Source of the DNA: Eledone cirrhosa
Taxonomy: Eukaryota
Direction: 5' to 3'
Assembly (NCBI GenBank): GCA_964016885.1
Contig: OZ024743.1
Coordinates: forward strand, 216,504,001 to 216,568,000
Length of the DNA stretch: 64,000 nt
In this document: positions 1 through 13,250 of the stretch, one piece after another
Layout of the letters: each line of letters starts with the position of its first letter
Numbering within the stretch: position 1 is the stretch's first letter
Made by a program: the position numbers and the translations under genes
Notes under the pieces: generated by a model
Databases searched by the model: none
What the model was told of the DNA's origin: nothing
The model's input: only the letters and a program-made list of their open reading frames with translations

Positions 1-91
1 AACGATGGCTGCTAGACACTGTACGGCTTAATTCGGGATATTTGTTTACAAACACACCGAGCATTATAATAAATGTTCGGTGAATCCATAC

Positions 92-136
<45 letters not shown>

Positions 137-210
137 CATGTATGCATATATATATATATATACATACTACTGTACGTATCTAAACATATATGTATGTACG
201 TATACATACT

Positions 211-277
<67 letters not shown>

Positions 278-280
<3 letters not shown>

Positions 281-1370
281 CAAAAGGGATATTCAATTTG
301 TTAGTAATTCAACAAATATAAATGTTTATAACTGATCCAGAGCACTCGACAAGTTTTCTGGAGTATAATATTCAATGATATTTAATAAATGGGAATTATA
401 TTTATAAAACCATATTTATTATATTATATATATTTCAAGGGTACCAAAACTTTCATCAGACAATATACAAAGTTTGTTTTATAAATTTTGACATAACCAA
501 GAAAAAGACCTTAACGTTTCAAGTTTTCCTTGGATATCCAAGGAAAACGTCAATGAAAAGAAAACAATGGATAGAGGGCAGCCGTATCTCCTCAGTCAAG
601 CTCTAGATATCACTACGATTTAGGTTCATTCCAATACACATTATGTCAAAACAAACAGGTAGAGACATGTTATGCTTTTAGGGGAATTACACAAATATAG
701 GAGGGAAAGCATCCCAAGTGAGTCACCGGACAAATAAGGGATAGAATGGTGCGGGACGGCTTAGTCAAAAAAGAAAAATATATAGAAAAGTGAGAAATAG
801 TGAAACAGAAGAGAATAATAAGGAGTGTAGTCGAACGTGCAGATAAGGAAGAATGACTTTGAGGTGTAGAAAGGGTAATAAGAGGGAATAGAGGAAAACA
901 GACCGGAAGGTGTGATGTATATTATATGAGACACCCCACCCCCATCCATATATATATATATGTGTGTGTGTGTGTTTGTATTCATAAAGGATGATGGGCT
1001 TATGCACAGAGGTGCTGTAATATAACTTATAAAATAGGGTGAAGCAACTGTAAAGAGGGAAAGATATGTTACCATCGACAGCTAAAATGTATTGGACCCA
1101 ATGTCTGCAAATAACTGTAATAGCCGTCTCTCCAGTTTTTCACTTTTGTCAGTTCCCAAATTTTATTTATAGTTAACAAATAATATTATTGTTATTTGCT
1201 TTGCGGTGACTATATTTTCTAATTTTAAATCCTTAACGTTCTACTAAATTCCGTCAAGTAATGTTGGAAATCATGGGAGTACATTTGTAGATATATCCAC
1301 AATATATCGTAACATTCTAACAAACAGTAACCACTCGATTACGATTTGATCTCCTAAGAAGAGATTCTAT
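278..1370 (-). mobile_element. Degenerate 3' fragment of a Penelope-like element (GIY-YIG remnant, 3' UTR, terminal repeat)
   Basis: Minus strand near 1200-1240 reads GFKIRKYSHRK, similar to FKTRYYSH in the other PLEs here. 300-480 is homologous to the terminal repeat at 42730-42960. The left end abuts (TA)n. Confidence 0.6.
421..466 (-). ncRNA. Hammerhead ribozyme motif (type I, imperfect stem I)
   Basis: Minus strand: atattgt CTGATGA aag..ctt GAAA tatatata atat. Homologous to the well-formed copy at 48432-48497. Confidence 0.55.
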
Positions 1371-2641
1371 ACATTTATTAATTTTATGTAGCCATACTAT
1401 ATATATAACATGTTATATGTGATATGCCGTAAATATATGTATCAGCTTATCAGTAGTATAAATATATTTGTGAGTTAGAAAATAGCAGAAAGAGAAATTT
1501 GAAGGAAAAGGAGAGAGAGATGGAAAGCTATAAAGATTTGTTTCGGTGTATGTTGCTTGTGGGTACGTACGTGAGTGTCTATGTACGTGGTGTGTATTTT
1601 TCGTATGTACGTTTCATAATGTATCATGCTCTAATGTGTATGCACATACTACATTCCCGGTCATCGTTTTGATTGATCTTCCTCCGTTAATTTCACGATA
1701 TTTGATCATGATAAAACTATCAATCGTTTATCAATGTTTAACACAGTCAATATTGAAAGGTCAATGTTAGTTGTTACCGATTTCGCTGGTTTATAGCTCC
1801 CCGAAGCACTTTTCTCTTTTACGAAACTTCATCGTTCCTGCAATCATGAAACAATATCAGCTTTTGCAATAGCCATCGATCTTATAATCTATTTCGCTTT
1901 TCCCTTGTCTCCTCCTCACACTCTTCAATGAATATATATACCGCGAAAATCGTAAATGGATATATATATATATATGCTATCATGGACCTATAAATGCACA
2001 TATCTACACATACATCCAAATACAATTGCTCATGCACAGATACAAAATATTGCAAGCCCACACACCATCGCATATTAACATATATAAACACTTAATATAT
2101 ATAAGAGGATGTATATGCACGCACACACATACATCAACAGAGAAACACGTGATGTTTCTGTACTAAAATACGTTATTCGCTGAAATATCTCCTTATAAAC
2201 ACTGCTAATATGATATTTTTTTTTACTTATTCATAAGCTAACTAAAAATCACATGTTCTACGCTCGTTATTGAATATTCATAAAATATGTTTTAATGCAG
2301 ATATATATGTAATGTGTACATGTAACAAGATGTAATCGCTGCACATATCACAAAGTAACACATCTTCTGCACTACAACTTATTTATTATAATAGTCCAGC
2401 TTACTTACCCTTAACAACGCCCAAGTAAACCATCTATATAATTTACAAATATAAGACTTCACACTCACTGTTAATCCTTCGTGCATATGGGGGGTAATAC
2501 AGTCACTAGAAAAATATCCCATTTTATTGAAATACTAGAGATATCAGTTAAATTAATTACACAAATAATGTTTCATTACCCAACTTTCTACATATGTGAA
2601 TTGTACAAAACGAAACACGACTTAATAGTTTCGAGGTGACG

Positions 2642-2694
<53 letters not shown>

Positions 2695-3029
2695 ATGATT
2701 GTGAAGTAATTCCGTCGGAAAGGTACAGGAAAAAAGAGTGATCTATGTAGGTTACAGAGCTTATTAGTTATGTAATAAACAACATAAGATAATTATTTCA
2801 TTTTCCAGTGGTTTCTTGAAAGCAAGCAAATGTTGCTTTCAGTCATCAGAATGAAAAAATCCTGGTCTATTTATTGACAGTGGATTTTAAAAACAAAAAA
2901 AATACCTATATGAAAGTGAGGCTGGAAAAGGAAGAAGGAAAGGAAAAGGAATAAATATAAAAGTAGAAAACCACACATGCACGCACACACACACACACAC
3001 GCACGCACACACACATATACATACAGACA

Positions 3030-3077
<48 letters not shown>

Positions 3078-3082
3078 TATAT

Positions 3083-3144
<62 letters not shown>

Positions 3145-3148
<4 letters not shown>

Positions 3149-3197
3149 TTCTACAGGACTAGAACTGTTTCATTCTTTAGAAATCATCAGGAATCTC
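3145..3197 (-). ncRNA. Hammerhead ribozyme (family A), inverted copy
   Basis: Exact reverse complement of 3199-3251. Confidence 0.8.
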
Positions 3198-3198
3198 T

Positions 3199-3251
3199 GA
3201 GATTCCTGATGATTTCTAAAGAATGAAACAGTTCTAGTCCTGTAGAATCTC
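3199..3251 (+). ncRNA. Hammerhead ribozyme, type I (family A)
   Basis: gagattc CTGATGA t-ttc-taaa-gaa-t GAAA cag-ttctagtc-ctg TA gaatctc: 7-bp stem I, complete core, GUA cleavage triplet. Confidence 0.85.
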
Positions 3252-3833
3252 ATCTATATTAAAACTTTTATACTCTGCAATGTATTGAGTACCTTACTTA
3301 CTGTGGTTACCTCCGATTCAACCCGGAATAACGTATATATATATATAATTAAGTTATTCGTTATTTGTTTTTATCGTCTCCGTTGAACCGGTACGTACTC
3401 ACGCTCGATGCAAATTAGTCTGCCCACTACTAATTTTCATAGAAAAAGCATATAACGATATGTGCTTTTACGATTCTCTAGAAAGGCCGGAAGATAGGTA
3501 AATATTGCTGATGAGTTGTAACAACAACGAAACTAGTTCAATATTCCTTGTCTGGCTTTTTGGAGAATAGAGGAAAGGTGTTTCCTCAAAAACCAGTATG
3601 ACTCTAAAAACCGGTTTATCTGTGTGTTTACATACATAATAGCTGGACACTCACAGTAAAGTGACCAGTGAAAAACTCGGTACATCTACATATGTATACG
3701 TGTGTGTATTCATATGCATACTAGTATTTCAGTATACATATGTGGATGTACATTTTTAACTTAATTGTTTAAGTGTCAGTCATACAAAAGTGAGTTACAA
3801 ACGAAACGAAATTTAATTTCGTTTCGTTATTTG

Positions 3834-3874
<41 letters not shown>

Positions 3875-4520
3875 ACACATACACATACACATAAATGCAC
3901 AAACACATATATACATATATATATATATATACACACATACACATATATATACACAGACGTACATACACACACATACATACACACATATATACACGCACGC
4001 ATACATACGCACGCACACAATTAATTATAAGAAGAAATAAAAAAACAATGAACAAACATATAATGCAATAGGCCGTTACATAAAAATAAAAAATATACGA
4101 CTTAAGAAAATAAAAATTATTATAAAGTTGACAGCGATACAGGAAATGACACAAATAAATAAACAAACAGACGTGGTAAGCAATACACACATCTACACAT
4201 ACACATACATACATATAAATATTTTCATTTTTATTTATACTCGGAATTTTTCCTAGAGTACTTAAATCTATTTGTCACTAATCCCGGTCTTTTTTTTTTT
4301 TAAACCGCTATAATATTGCTATTTTGCTGAACTCCTTACATTTTGTAGAGTTTTTTCGGAATATTTTTGAATGCTGTTTCTTGTAAACAGACATTCGTCT
4401 CAATCTGACGTCACCAGCCATGTTTTTCCACGTGTGTTTATTTTAAAAATTCCGCACGAGGTGAACTAGCCTGCTTTTAAATTCCCTTTCTGGCAGTGGG
4501 ACTTTTGGTTATCGTGTTGA

Positions 4521-4601
4521 GCTCTACTGAGGAACGACTCATACCGGGACTAATCCCACTGAAAAGTTTCGTGAAATAATATTTTCAAGACTATATAGAG
4601 C
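4521..4601 (+). ncRNA. Hammerhead ribozyme, type I
   Basis: gctcta CTGAGGA acga...tcgt GAAA ta...ta TA tagagc: 6-bp stem I, 4-bp stem II base, AUA triplet. Confidence 0.7.
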
Positions 4602-4964
4602 ATTTGTAGTTTTTCCAAATTGAAGGATGAGTATTTAAACTTTATTTTATTCTGAGTTAAGACTATTTTGGTTTTTTCCCTGGATTTCACAAAATCTGTG
4701 GATAAAATCTCTGTCTTGATTTTTTTGTACCCTAATATACTTTTTCTCCCTTATCTCCCCTTATATTTAAACTTTCTCTTATGTTATTTATTTTCATTAT
4801 TACCCCCTACTTTCTACCTTACCCTTTACATACCCACCTTTTTTATTTATAGATATTTATTTCTGTGTGCATGTATGTGTTGTGTATATGTGTATATATA
4901 TATGTGTATGTATATATGTGTATATAATTATATATATATCTGTATGTATATGTATGTGTATATA

Positions 4965-5006
<42 letters not shown>

Positions 5007-5061
5007 TATATACAAAAAGTTACGTCTTCATGATAATAAAAATACACACACACATATAAAC

Positions 5062-5135
<74 letters not shown>

Positions 5136-5154
5136 TTTTATTATCATGAAGACG

Positions 5155-5801
5155 TGGTATCTGATTTTTAATGCGATGAGGGACCAATGATGGTTGAAAC
5201 ATAACTGACGAAGGACTATTTTTATCATATGTAACCCATTTGCAACCACGCAGTATTCTTCTTTCCTCTCATGTTTTTTATATATATTTAACTCGGCGGC
5301 GTTTATCTGTTTCTCTCTTACTGCTTGCCCGCTCTCTCTATTTCTCTCACCTTCTTTCGCCCCCTCTGTCAGTTACACTTTCTCTCGACTGACCTCTTCC
5401 TCACACTTCCACTCACTCACTCTGTTTCTCCCCTTCTCACATCCTCCCGTTTGGCTTGTAGTGGGTCTCTTCTTGCTTACATCTCACACACATCGGACGG
5501 TCTGTACCTCTCACGCTCATGAAATCCACCCAGCTTATGCTGACCGAACAACCATGTTGATTGTTTATTTTCCTATCTTCGGTTTGCTTTTATCCTTCTA
5601 TGTTGTTTACTTGTCCCCATCGCTTTACGCGAATTACTGGTCCCAGTAACTTTTTTTAGTTATTGCTCGCACCAACCTGAGGTATCTGATTTTTAATGAG
5701 ATGTATTACCAATGATGGTTGGAAAATCAATGACGAAGGACTATTTTTATCATATGTAACCCGTTTGCAACCACGCAGTATTCTTCTTTCTTCTCATGTT
5801 T

Positions 5802-5802
<1 letters not shown>
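5155..5802 (+). repeat. About 125-bp direct repeat (5155-5280 and 5680-5802), probably PLE terminal repeats
   Basis: ggtatctgatttttaatg...cagtattcttctttc.tctcatgtttt occurs twice, and each copy runs into TA. Confidence 0.7.
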
Positions 5803-5835
<33 letters not shown>

Positions 5836-6060
5836 TATGTATATGTATATATTTGTATGGTTGTGTGTGTGTGTGTGTGTGTATGTATATATGTGCATGT
5901 ATATGCATAATTACATACAGAGTGATTTAATGTTTATTTTCATTGATTATTTGTTCCAGGAATTTGTTGAGTGCTCTAAATCAGCTATACACATTTATAC
6001 CTTTATTTATTTATTTAGTATTTGTCGTATTCCCAACTATTTGTTTACCCCTTCCACCTT

Positions 6061-6139
<79 letters not shown>

Positions 6140-6170
6140 GTGTATATATGTATATATATATATATATGTG

Positions 6171-6255
<85 letters not shown>

Positions 6256-6264
6256 TTATATGTG

Positions 6265-6345
<81 letters not shown>

Positions 6346-6354
6346 GTGTATATA

Positions 6355-6410
<56 letters not shown>

Positions 6411-6411
<1 letters not shown>

Positions 6412-6632
6412 GGGGTAACTAATAATAGTTATATCCAGTCCCCTTAGGTGTAGTCCAGTTATGGTATTCCGGTTATAATTTTGACTGGTTATAATTTTGT
6501 ATTGGCGATCGAGTAACGTGAAAACAAGCGAATAGCGATCTCTAGACCTACCAGTTCAGAGAAACAATTGTCAGCAATGAGATTAAAAACCTTCTTTGTA
6601 TTGAAAACCATGTCAATCTTCTTTCCTGATTT
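6411..6632 (+). mobile_element. Internally deleted copy of the short ribozyme-bearing unit at 62443-62806
   Basis: 6411-6450 matches the reverse complement of 62766-62806 and 6482-6632 matches the reverse complement of 62443-62592. It retains GAAA CAATTG TC but has lost the ribozyme core. (TA)n on both sides. Confidence 0.75.
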
Positions 6633-7024
6633 ATATATATATATATATAAATATGTATATGCATATGTTTGTATATGTGTGTGTGTATGTATATATTTAT
6701 ATGTATGTATGTGTATGTGTAGATGTGTGTATTGCTTACCACGTGTGTTTGTTTATTTATCTGTGTCCTTTCCTGTATCGCTGTCAACTTTATAATAATT
6801 TTTATTTTCTTAAGTCGTATATTTTTTTATTTTTATGTGACGGCCTATTGCATTATATGTTTGTTCATTGTTTTTTTTTTCTTATAATTAATCGTGTGTG
6901 TGCGTATGTAGGTGTATGTATATATATATCTATATATGTGTGTGCGTGTATATATGTGTGTATGTATGTGTGTATGTACGTGTGTGTATATATATATGTG
7001 TATGTGTGTGTATATATATATTTA

Positions 7025-7630
7025 TGTCAGGTCACCAGTCGGTGCTACTGGTAACATGTATCCCAGTACAACCTGTCTCATGGTCGGGTCGTTGGCGACT
7101 AAACTGGCAAGCCCACCAAGGTTTCTTGGTGACGAAGGTGACTTTGGACATCCTGTAGGTCTAAAGACAAAACCTGTCAAAGGGCAAAGGAGCTCTTAAG
7201 AGTCAATGCCCATCCAAAATCACCGGGAGAGATGACCCCTTAGCCTTTGTCAAGGCAGAATTCTAGGAGAAGGAAAATTCTGATATAACACCTGCAACCC
7301 TGATGGTATCCAATGATGTTGACTGGTTCTTCTTTTTGGTAAATACCATCTTGGTTAAGAGAGAGGGACTGGCTTTGTGCTGTGCCTTTGCTCACTATAA
7401 AAGCTTCACGGGCATTGCTTTATATCTGGAGATCTCTCTGCACTTGTCGTCATATGGTACCATGGGCCCAGCACTATCTGTCAATAATTGTCACAAGTGT
7501 AGAGTTTGTACCAGAGTTTTCAAGTCGCTGGCTGGACTAAAAAGTCACACTCTTTCAGCGCATCGGTAGGGGTTCTCCTACATGGATATAAAGTAGTGGC
7601 GATACTCGAAAACGAGTTGGCAGCCACCAT
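7025..7630 (+). mobile_element. Short non-autonomous RTE-derived element (non-coding 5' part, C2H2 tail and RTE 3' UTR)
   Basis: Ends with CRVCTRVFKSLAGLKSH (compare the end of ORF 20460-21083) and the tail ...atactcgaaaacgagttggcagccaccat, shared with 19208-19285. Confidence 0.7.
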
Positions 7631-7658
7631 ATATATATATATATATATATATATATTC

Positions 7659-8608
7659 TGGGGCGGGTAAAATTCCCGAGATCCATGGACGAGTTCTCTC
7701 CAGCGGTCTCTGTCCCTCATTTTCGCTGCTATGTCCTGCGTCTCCAACAGACTAGTGTCTGTCCTTAGGGCATCAACATACGATAACCTTGATGGGATGA
7801 CAGAGTTCTTTGAGATACTGGGTGGATTGCTCCGTGGAGATACATTGGCTCCCTACCTTTTTATCATCGTAGAGGACTATTGTATGCGCCTTGCACTGGA
7901 GAAACACCAGGACTCTGGATTTACTGTAACACCAGTTCAGAGTAGGAGAGTTAGGGCGAAAAGTTATCGGATGCTGAATTTGGCGATGTCATAGTTTTGG
8001 TGACAAATACAGTGAAGGAGGCAGAGGGTTTGATGCAGGAGGTTGAGACTGTGTCGTTGAGTGTGGGGCTGAGAATGAATGAGACTAAAACAAAATATCT
8101 GGTAGAGAATGTTGAGAAGCCAGAGGGGATTACCAATGTAGGCGGGAAGCCGCTGGAATTGGTTGAGGACTTCCTGTATTTGGGAGCAAAGATTGGGAAT
8201 ACGGAAGATGATGTGGTTGAGAAGAAGAGCAAAGCCTGGGCAGCGTGCCACAGCTTGAGATCGGTGTGGAAGTCGAACCTTCGTAAAGACCTGAAAATCC
8301 GCCTCTTCATTGCTGTAGTGAAGTCTGTGTTACTCTACGGGTCTGAGATTGGACACGACCAAGAAACTCACTCAGATGGTGGATGGATGCTACACGAGAA
8401 TGCTGAGGATGGCTCTGAACATTAATCAGTATACACTGAGGATGAAAAACTCAGAGCTGTATGGGAGCCTCCCAAAAGTCAGCTCAAAAGGGACACAGAG
8501 GAGACGGAGGTTAGCTGGACATACTCACCGACATCCAGAGTTGAAATTGCACTCAGTGCTCCTGTGGGAGACCCTACATGGACACACTGGAAGAGGAAGA
8601 CCAAGGTT

Positions 8609-8612
<4 letters not shown>
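7659..8612. mobile_element. RTE-clade LINE fragment with 5' inversion
   Basis: Plus strand 7791-8612 encodes RT (GLLRGDTLAPYLF, FLYLG, LLYGSE, RLAGH, GRPRLTY). Minus strand 7790-7659 encodes the continuation (RLSYVDALRTDTSLLETQDIAAKMRDRDRW). Confidence 0.85.
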
Positions 8613-8646
<34 letters not shown>

Positions 8647-8712
8647 AATATATATATGTAAATATATATATATATGTATATATGTGTTTGTGTATTTATG
8701 TGTATGTGTGTG

Positions 8713-8763
<51 letters not shown>

Positions 8764-9043
8764 ATGTATGTGTATATATGTGTGTAGGTATGTATATATA
8801 TATGTATGTATATGTGGGTGTGCGTGTCTGTGTGCATATGTGTATATCTACTTTTATATTTATTCTCTTTCCTTTCCTTCTTCCTTTTCCAGCCTGACTT
8901 TCATATAGATTATATTTTTGTTTTTAAAATCCACTGTCAATAAATACACCAGGATTTTTTCATTCTGATGACTGAAACCAAATTTTGGTTGCTTTCAAGA
9001 AACCACTGGTAAATGAAATAATTATCTTATGTTGTTTATTACA

Positions 9044-9081
<38 letters not shown>

Positions 9082-10730
9082 TACAAAAATGGAGTGTCCC
9101 ACTGCGGACAATGCAATATGGAGCTGCTCCATATTTTAAAATATAATAAAATGCTCCGTAACAAGAAGATAGAGTGAACCTTTTTCTATAGGCTCAAAAC
9201 AGCCACCAAATTCAAACCATAACCGTCATGATTCGATCAAGCACTCTCTGTATTCAGTCAGAACCACCCCGATTTAAATGTACTAACCCCCCTCCACTCC
9301 ACTGTAATTAGCTGTCAACTGACCAACTGTTCATCAAATCAACATCATGAATACCCCAACTTTCTTTCACTCTTCTATAGGCTCAGTCAGTTTTAATTTC
9401 ATTTTGTTTGTTCAAGTAATCATAAAAATTCCTTTTGAAATCCATATCGCCCGAAAATGTGATTCATATATTAGTGTATTAATTCTAAACATTGTTTTAA
9501 TATATTTTAGAGATACGGATTAACAATATTATATCTCAAACAAGTAGAAACAACAGCCTTATCGTCATTAGAATTATACCAGGACGTCTTGAAACCGAAG
9601 GGTACACTATATGCTGTAGTTGTAAGTAGGCAATCGCAAAGTTCGGAAAATAATTATGGAAGTCAGCTCAGTCAGAAATGTTTTGGGGCTAATCCTGTTC
9701 AACCAACGTAGCAGCAATAGTCACTAGTTATTCGAAAGGTACATATACGTGAGTACTAGTCACATATAGCAAATGAAACAGCACCTTGTTATTAATAATT
9801 ACTATAAGTAACGTAGCCTGTCGGTGTTAGCAGTGGGACAACGATAAAACCGACAAGTGTTTTGTCAACATTTGATGCAGGATATACATTTATTTTTATA
9901 TTTCTCTTCATCGGTGTGTGTATGTAGATGTATTTATTCCTTCGTGAAAATTGCTAACTTTCCTATCCACAAATGTGCCTATGCTAATGTCTTTATTTAG
10001 TTTCATATATGCTTTAAATTAAGCAATGTATGATCACCATTGACAGGTATGGTTGACGTTTATTCCAATCCCACGTTGAAGATATTTCTCTTAAAATCTA
10101 TTACTATATTCTTTAAAAAATGAATGAGATATCATAACATCAATTGTATATCCTCTCTGAAATTTCTACGAATTCTATATTAAATAATAAGATATTCATT
10201 AAAGAATGTAGTTTTTGCCATACAAAGAGACAATATATTCATGGCTCGAATGACTTTGCTTATAAGACTGCTAGATCAAGATTTACCTGGGGCTAAGCAA
10301 AGATAACAACAAAAACACAAGTAATCAAAATAACATTAATGTGTTGTTTATTTTCATGACAAATTTCTATTGATACACTTAGACTTGGGATTTTTTTACA
10401 CTCTCATCATTTTACAAATAGCTTCTGTTTGCCGTAATTCTGTTTTCAATTCTGTTTTTACACTTATTTATTTCAATTATGATAGCCAGCACCTAGTTTT
10501 GCTGGACGAAATGATGTTTCCACTTAACAATGATCTCTATTGTTATATATTAAATTGTAAATATTAACCAATAAAGAAGACCCCAGGCAATGCCTCTACA
10601 TAACGATAGCTGCCAAATTCAATTCACATTAATCCTAACGTCTGGAAGACTAGTCTACTACTGCTGCAATCTATTGAATCGACTATACCCATTCAGATTT
10701 CAATCTTCACTGAGATGTAAACTAAATTAA

Positions 10731-11298
10731 ATCAATCTAGAATCGATAAAATAATTATTTGGATGCATATAGTGGGATCGATAAAATCTACTATAGTATT
10801 TCCTGACAAATATGTGGCCATCGACAAAAATAGACTTTAGTATGTAAAGGAAAAAGCACATTAACATTTGTCGAAATATCAGACCGAACTCTGAGTTTGA
10901 GAGTGGCTTTCATTGTGGAAATCGTCTTGGGCACATTAACTTCAAAGAATACAACTCATGAAAGTTATCTACTTGACGAATAACATATAGAGCGAAAGCC
11001 TGTGCAAGTGGTGCAATATAACTACTGTTAGCTTTTTACAGTTACTGTAAAATGTAGATAATTTCGTGGGTTGTATTCTTTGAAGTTAATGTGCCCAAGA
11101 TGATTTCCACAAAGAGAGCCACTCTCCTATTCGGTCAAAATTCGGTTCTGATATTTCGACAAATGTTGATGTGCTTTTTCTTTTACATACTAAAGTCTAT
11201 TTTTTTTCGATGGCCACATTTGTCAGCAAATACCGTAGTAGATTTTATCCATCCCACTATATGTATCCAAATAATGATTTTATTGATTCTAGATTGAT
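10731..11298. mobile_element. Fold-back/MITE-like element with about 240-bp inverted arms
   Basis: 10731-10972 is a diverged reverse complement of 11054-11298, with a spacer of about 80 bp. Confidence 0.75.
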
Positions 11299-11300
11299 GT

Positions 11301-11483
11301 GTATTGGCAGTATCCTTAGAGGGTCGGACACCATGCTTTAAAGCAGAGTTACATCCCTTACGGTCTGAGTTCCAATCCCGCCGAGGTTAACTTTGCCGTT
11401 CATCCTTACGGGGTCGATAAAATAAAGTACCAGTAATGCACTGGGTCATTGCTGGCCTTGTACCAAAAGTAGAAATAATTATT
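11301..11483 (+). mobile_element. tRNA-derived SINE with MetaSINE-like core
   Basis: A/B-box-like head (tggcagtatc...gagttccaatccc) and core gcc.ttcatccttacggggtcgataaaataaagtaccag. Several copies in the window. Confidence 0.85.
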
Positions 11484-12049
11484 ACAATAAAATAGATGTG
11501 CATATCATATCTGTCAAACAATAATCACATTTTTAACATTTTGATTCCCATCTGGAGGTCCTATTTTTTTTTCTTTTGCTATTTCACCAATAAGATATTT
11601 CTTATTCTGAATTATAATAAGAATATTTTAAGAAAGTGATAAACTACACAAATTTGGATGAAGGATGTAGATAATTATAACCAAATCAATATATCGATGA
11701 ATGCAAGTTAGTTTGTGCAACTCTCTTTTATAAATGTCAACTTCTCACTATATATCAGTGAAAGTAAGATAGTATTGTCTCGGGGGGAAAGATTTGACCA
11801 TATCTATTAAACCAGAGTGTACTTGGGTTTAAATATAAAAACAGTAGACATCTAACTCAATACCTGTGTTTATGAACTACTCTTGTCTGCTTTTGTGATT
11901 AGACATCGGCGTTCTCTTCTTTAATTCTTCTATATTCAAACCTTTTGATGGCAGTTATTAGATTACTTCAATCTTCTCATAACGAACTCGTCCTTCTTAT
12001 TAATATTTTACCTTTGATGCCATCATAATGTTGTGTTGACATTCGTCCT

Positions 12050-12480
12050 CGTCACCATTGTTACTGTCGGTTTTGCTGTTTATAATTCTACTTTCGATTA
12101 GGAATGTCGAGGGTGATGATAATGATAATAAAGACAATGCTGATGACGATGATTAAGTGGTGGTTGAGTAGGAGGAAGGCTATAACTGGTGCTTTTGATA
12201 GACTTATTGGTAATGGCTGTGATGAATATGATGATTAAATGGAGGAAGAAGCGTTGGGTTGTGTGTTAATGGTATAAATGATGACGAAACTTACAAGGAT
12301 AATGTTGGTGATGAGATGGCTGTTTCTTATCATTACCGTACTATGAGTTTCTTTGTTATACTCTCGCTCGCAAAAATATACGCATATCTAATATGGTAGA
12401 TAATGATATCGATCACAATGCTTGTGATGATAATGATCATGACGATGATATCAACAATGAACACCGATGATCAATATATT
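12050..12480. repeat. Degenerate (GAT)n/(GGT)n low-complexity tract
   Basis: gatgataatgat-type triplets throughout. Confidence 0.6.
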
Positions 12481-12574
12481 AAAAAGTAATTACTGAATCT
12501 GGCGATATTTGTTAAATATTGACATTGTGCAGAATTACAATGTCTGCTAAACAATAACAACAATTATAAAGGTG

Positions 12575-12745
12575 TCTAATTATGGCACAAGCCAGAAGTC
12601 GGTTATATCGATCCCAGTAGTTAAGAGGTACTTTATTTTGTCGACCACGGAATGAAGAAAATCGTGTTTGGGCTCGGCGCTATGTGAACTCAGATTGTAA
12701 ATGTATTCAACAAAATGGTGACACTTATTTGGTTTGAAACACTTC
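12575..12745 (-). mobile_element. Old SINE copy (MetaSINE-like core)
   Basis: ggtactttattttgtcgacc...gaactcag is the reverse complement of the SINE core. Confidence 0.65.
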
Positions 12746-13064
12746 TATTTCTGTACTATTGAAGGAATTATTTCAAATAGATTAATGATTTTAAATAAAC
12801 AAAACATAGTATAAGATTACATTGCACTCATAGAAAAAAAAAACAATTACACTGTTATTATAGACGAAATAATGATTTATGACTTGAGGTACCAAATAAC
12901 CAGCTTGTATATGCATGAAAGCATCCTCCCGTAGCACATGGGAGCCGTAGAAGTACCGTAGTAGCATATTCAATTTCTAGGGCATTTTAAAACCTAGTAC
13001 AGCCCATTATTTCTCAATGTCTAAATAGAGGATGATTATTGTGGAGAAGGATAGTGTATGAGAG

Positions 13065-13250
13065 AATGGATAATAGAAACAAACCTAGTGGAAGAATTGA
13101 TCTGAGCTCTAGATTGGTACTTTTATTATCAACCCAAATGAATGAAAGTAAAATTTGACCCCGGTGGGATTTGAACTCAGGGAGTAAAAAACCCAAACTG
13201 ATACCGCACAGTTTTCTATCTCACGTTCTAACGACACTGCCAATTGGCCG
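13065..13250 (-). mobile_element. Old SINE copy (MetaSINE-like core)
   Basis: tggtacttttattatcaaccc...atgaaagtaaaatttgacc...gggatttgaactcag...ctgccaa. Confidence 0.65.

Larger units (their letters stand above)
2765..4220 (-). mobile_element. PLE-type 3' UTR/terminal repeat, left arm of an inverted pair with 6670-9050
   Basis: 2765-2990 is the reverse complement of 8820-9050, and about 3870-4220 is the reverse complement of 6670-7020 plus 8680-8720. Confidence 0.65.
6670..9050 (+). mobile_element. PLE-type 3' UTR/terminal repeat, right arm of inverted pair, interrupted by RTE insertions
   Basis: Reverse complement of 2765-4220, split by 7023-8640. Confidence 0.6.

Noticed and set aside
5145-5240. 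Possible ribozyme in the 5155/5680 repeat (ctgacgaagg...)
   Set aside because: The core is not conserved in the second copy and I found no consistent fold.
11301-11385. tRNA gene
   Set aside because: A/B boxes belong to SINE heads and no cloverleaf forms.
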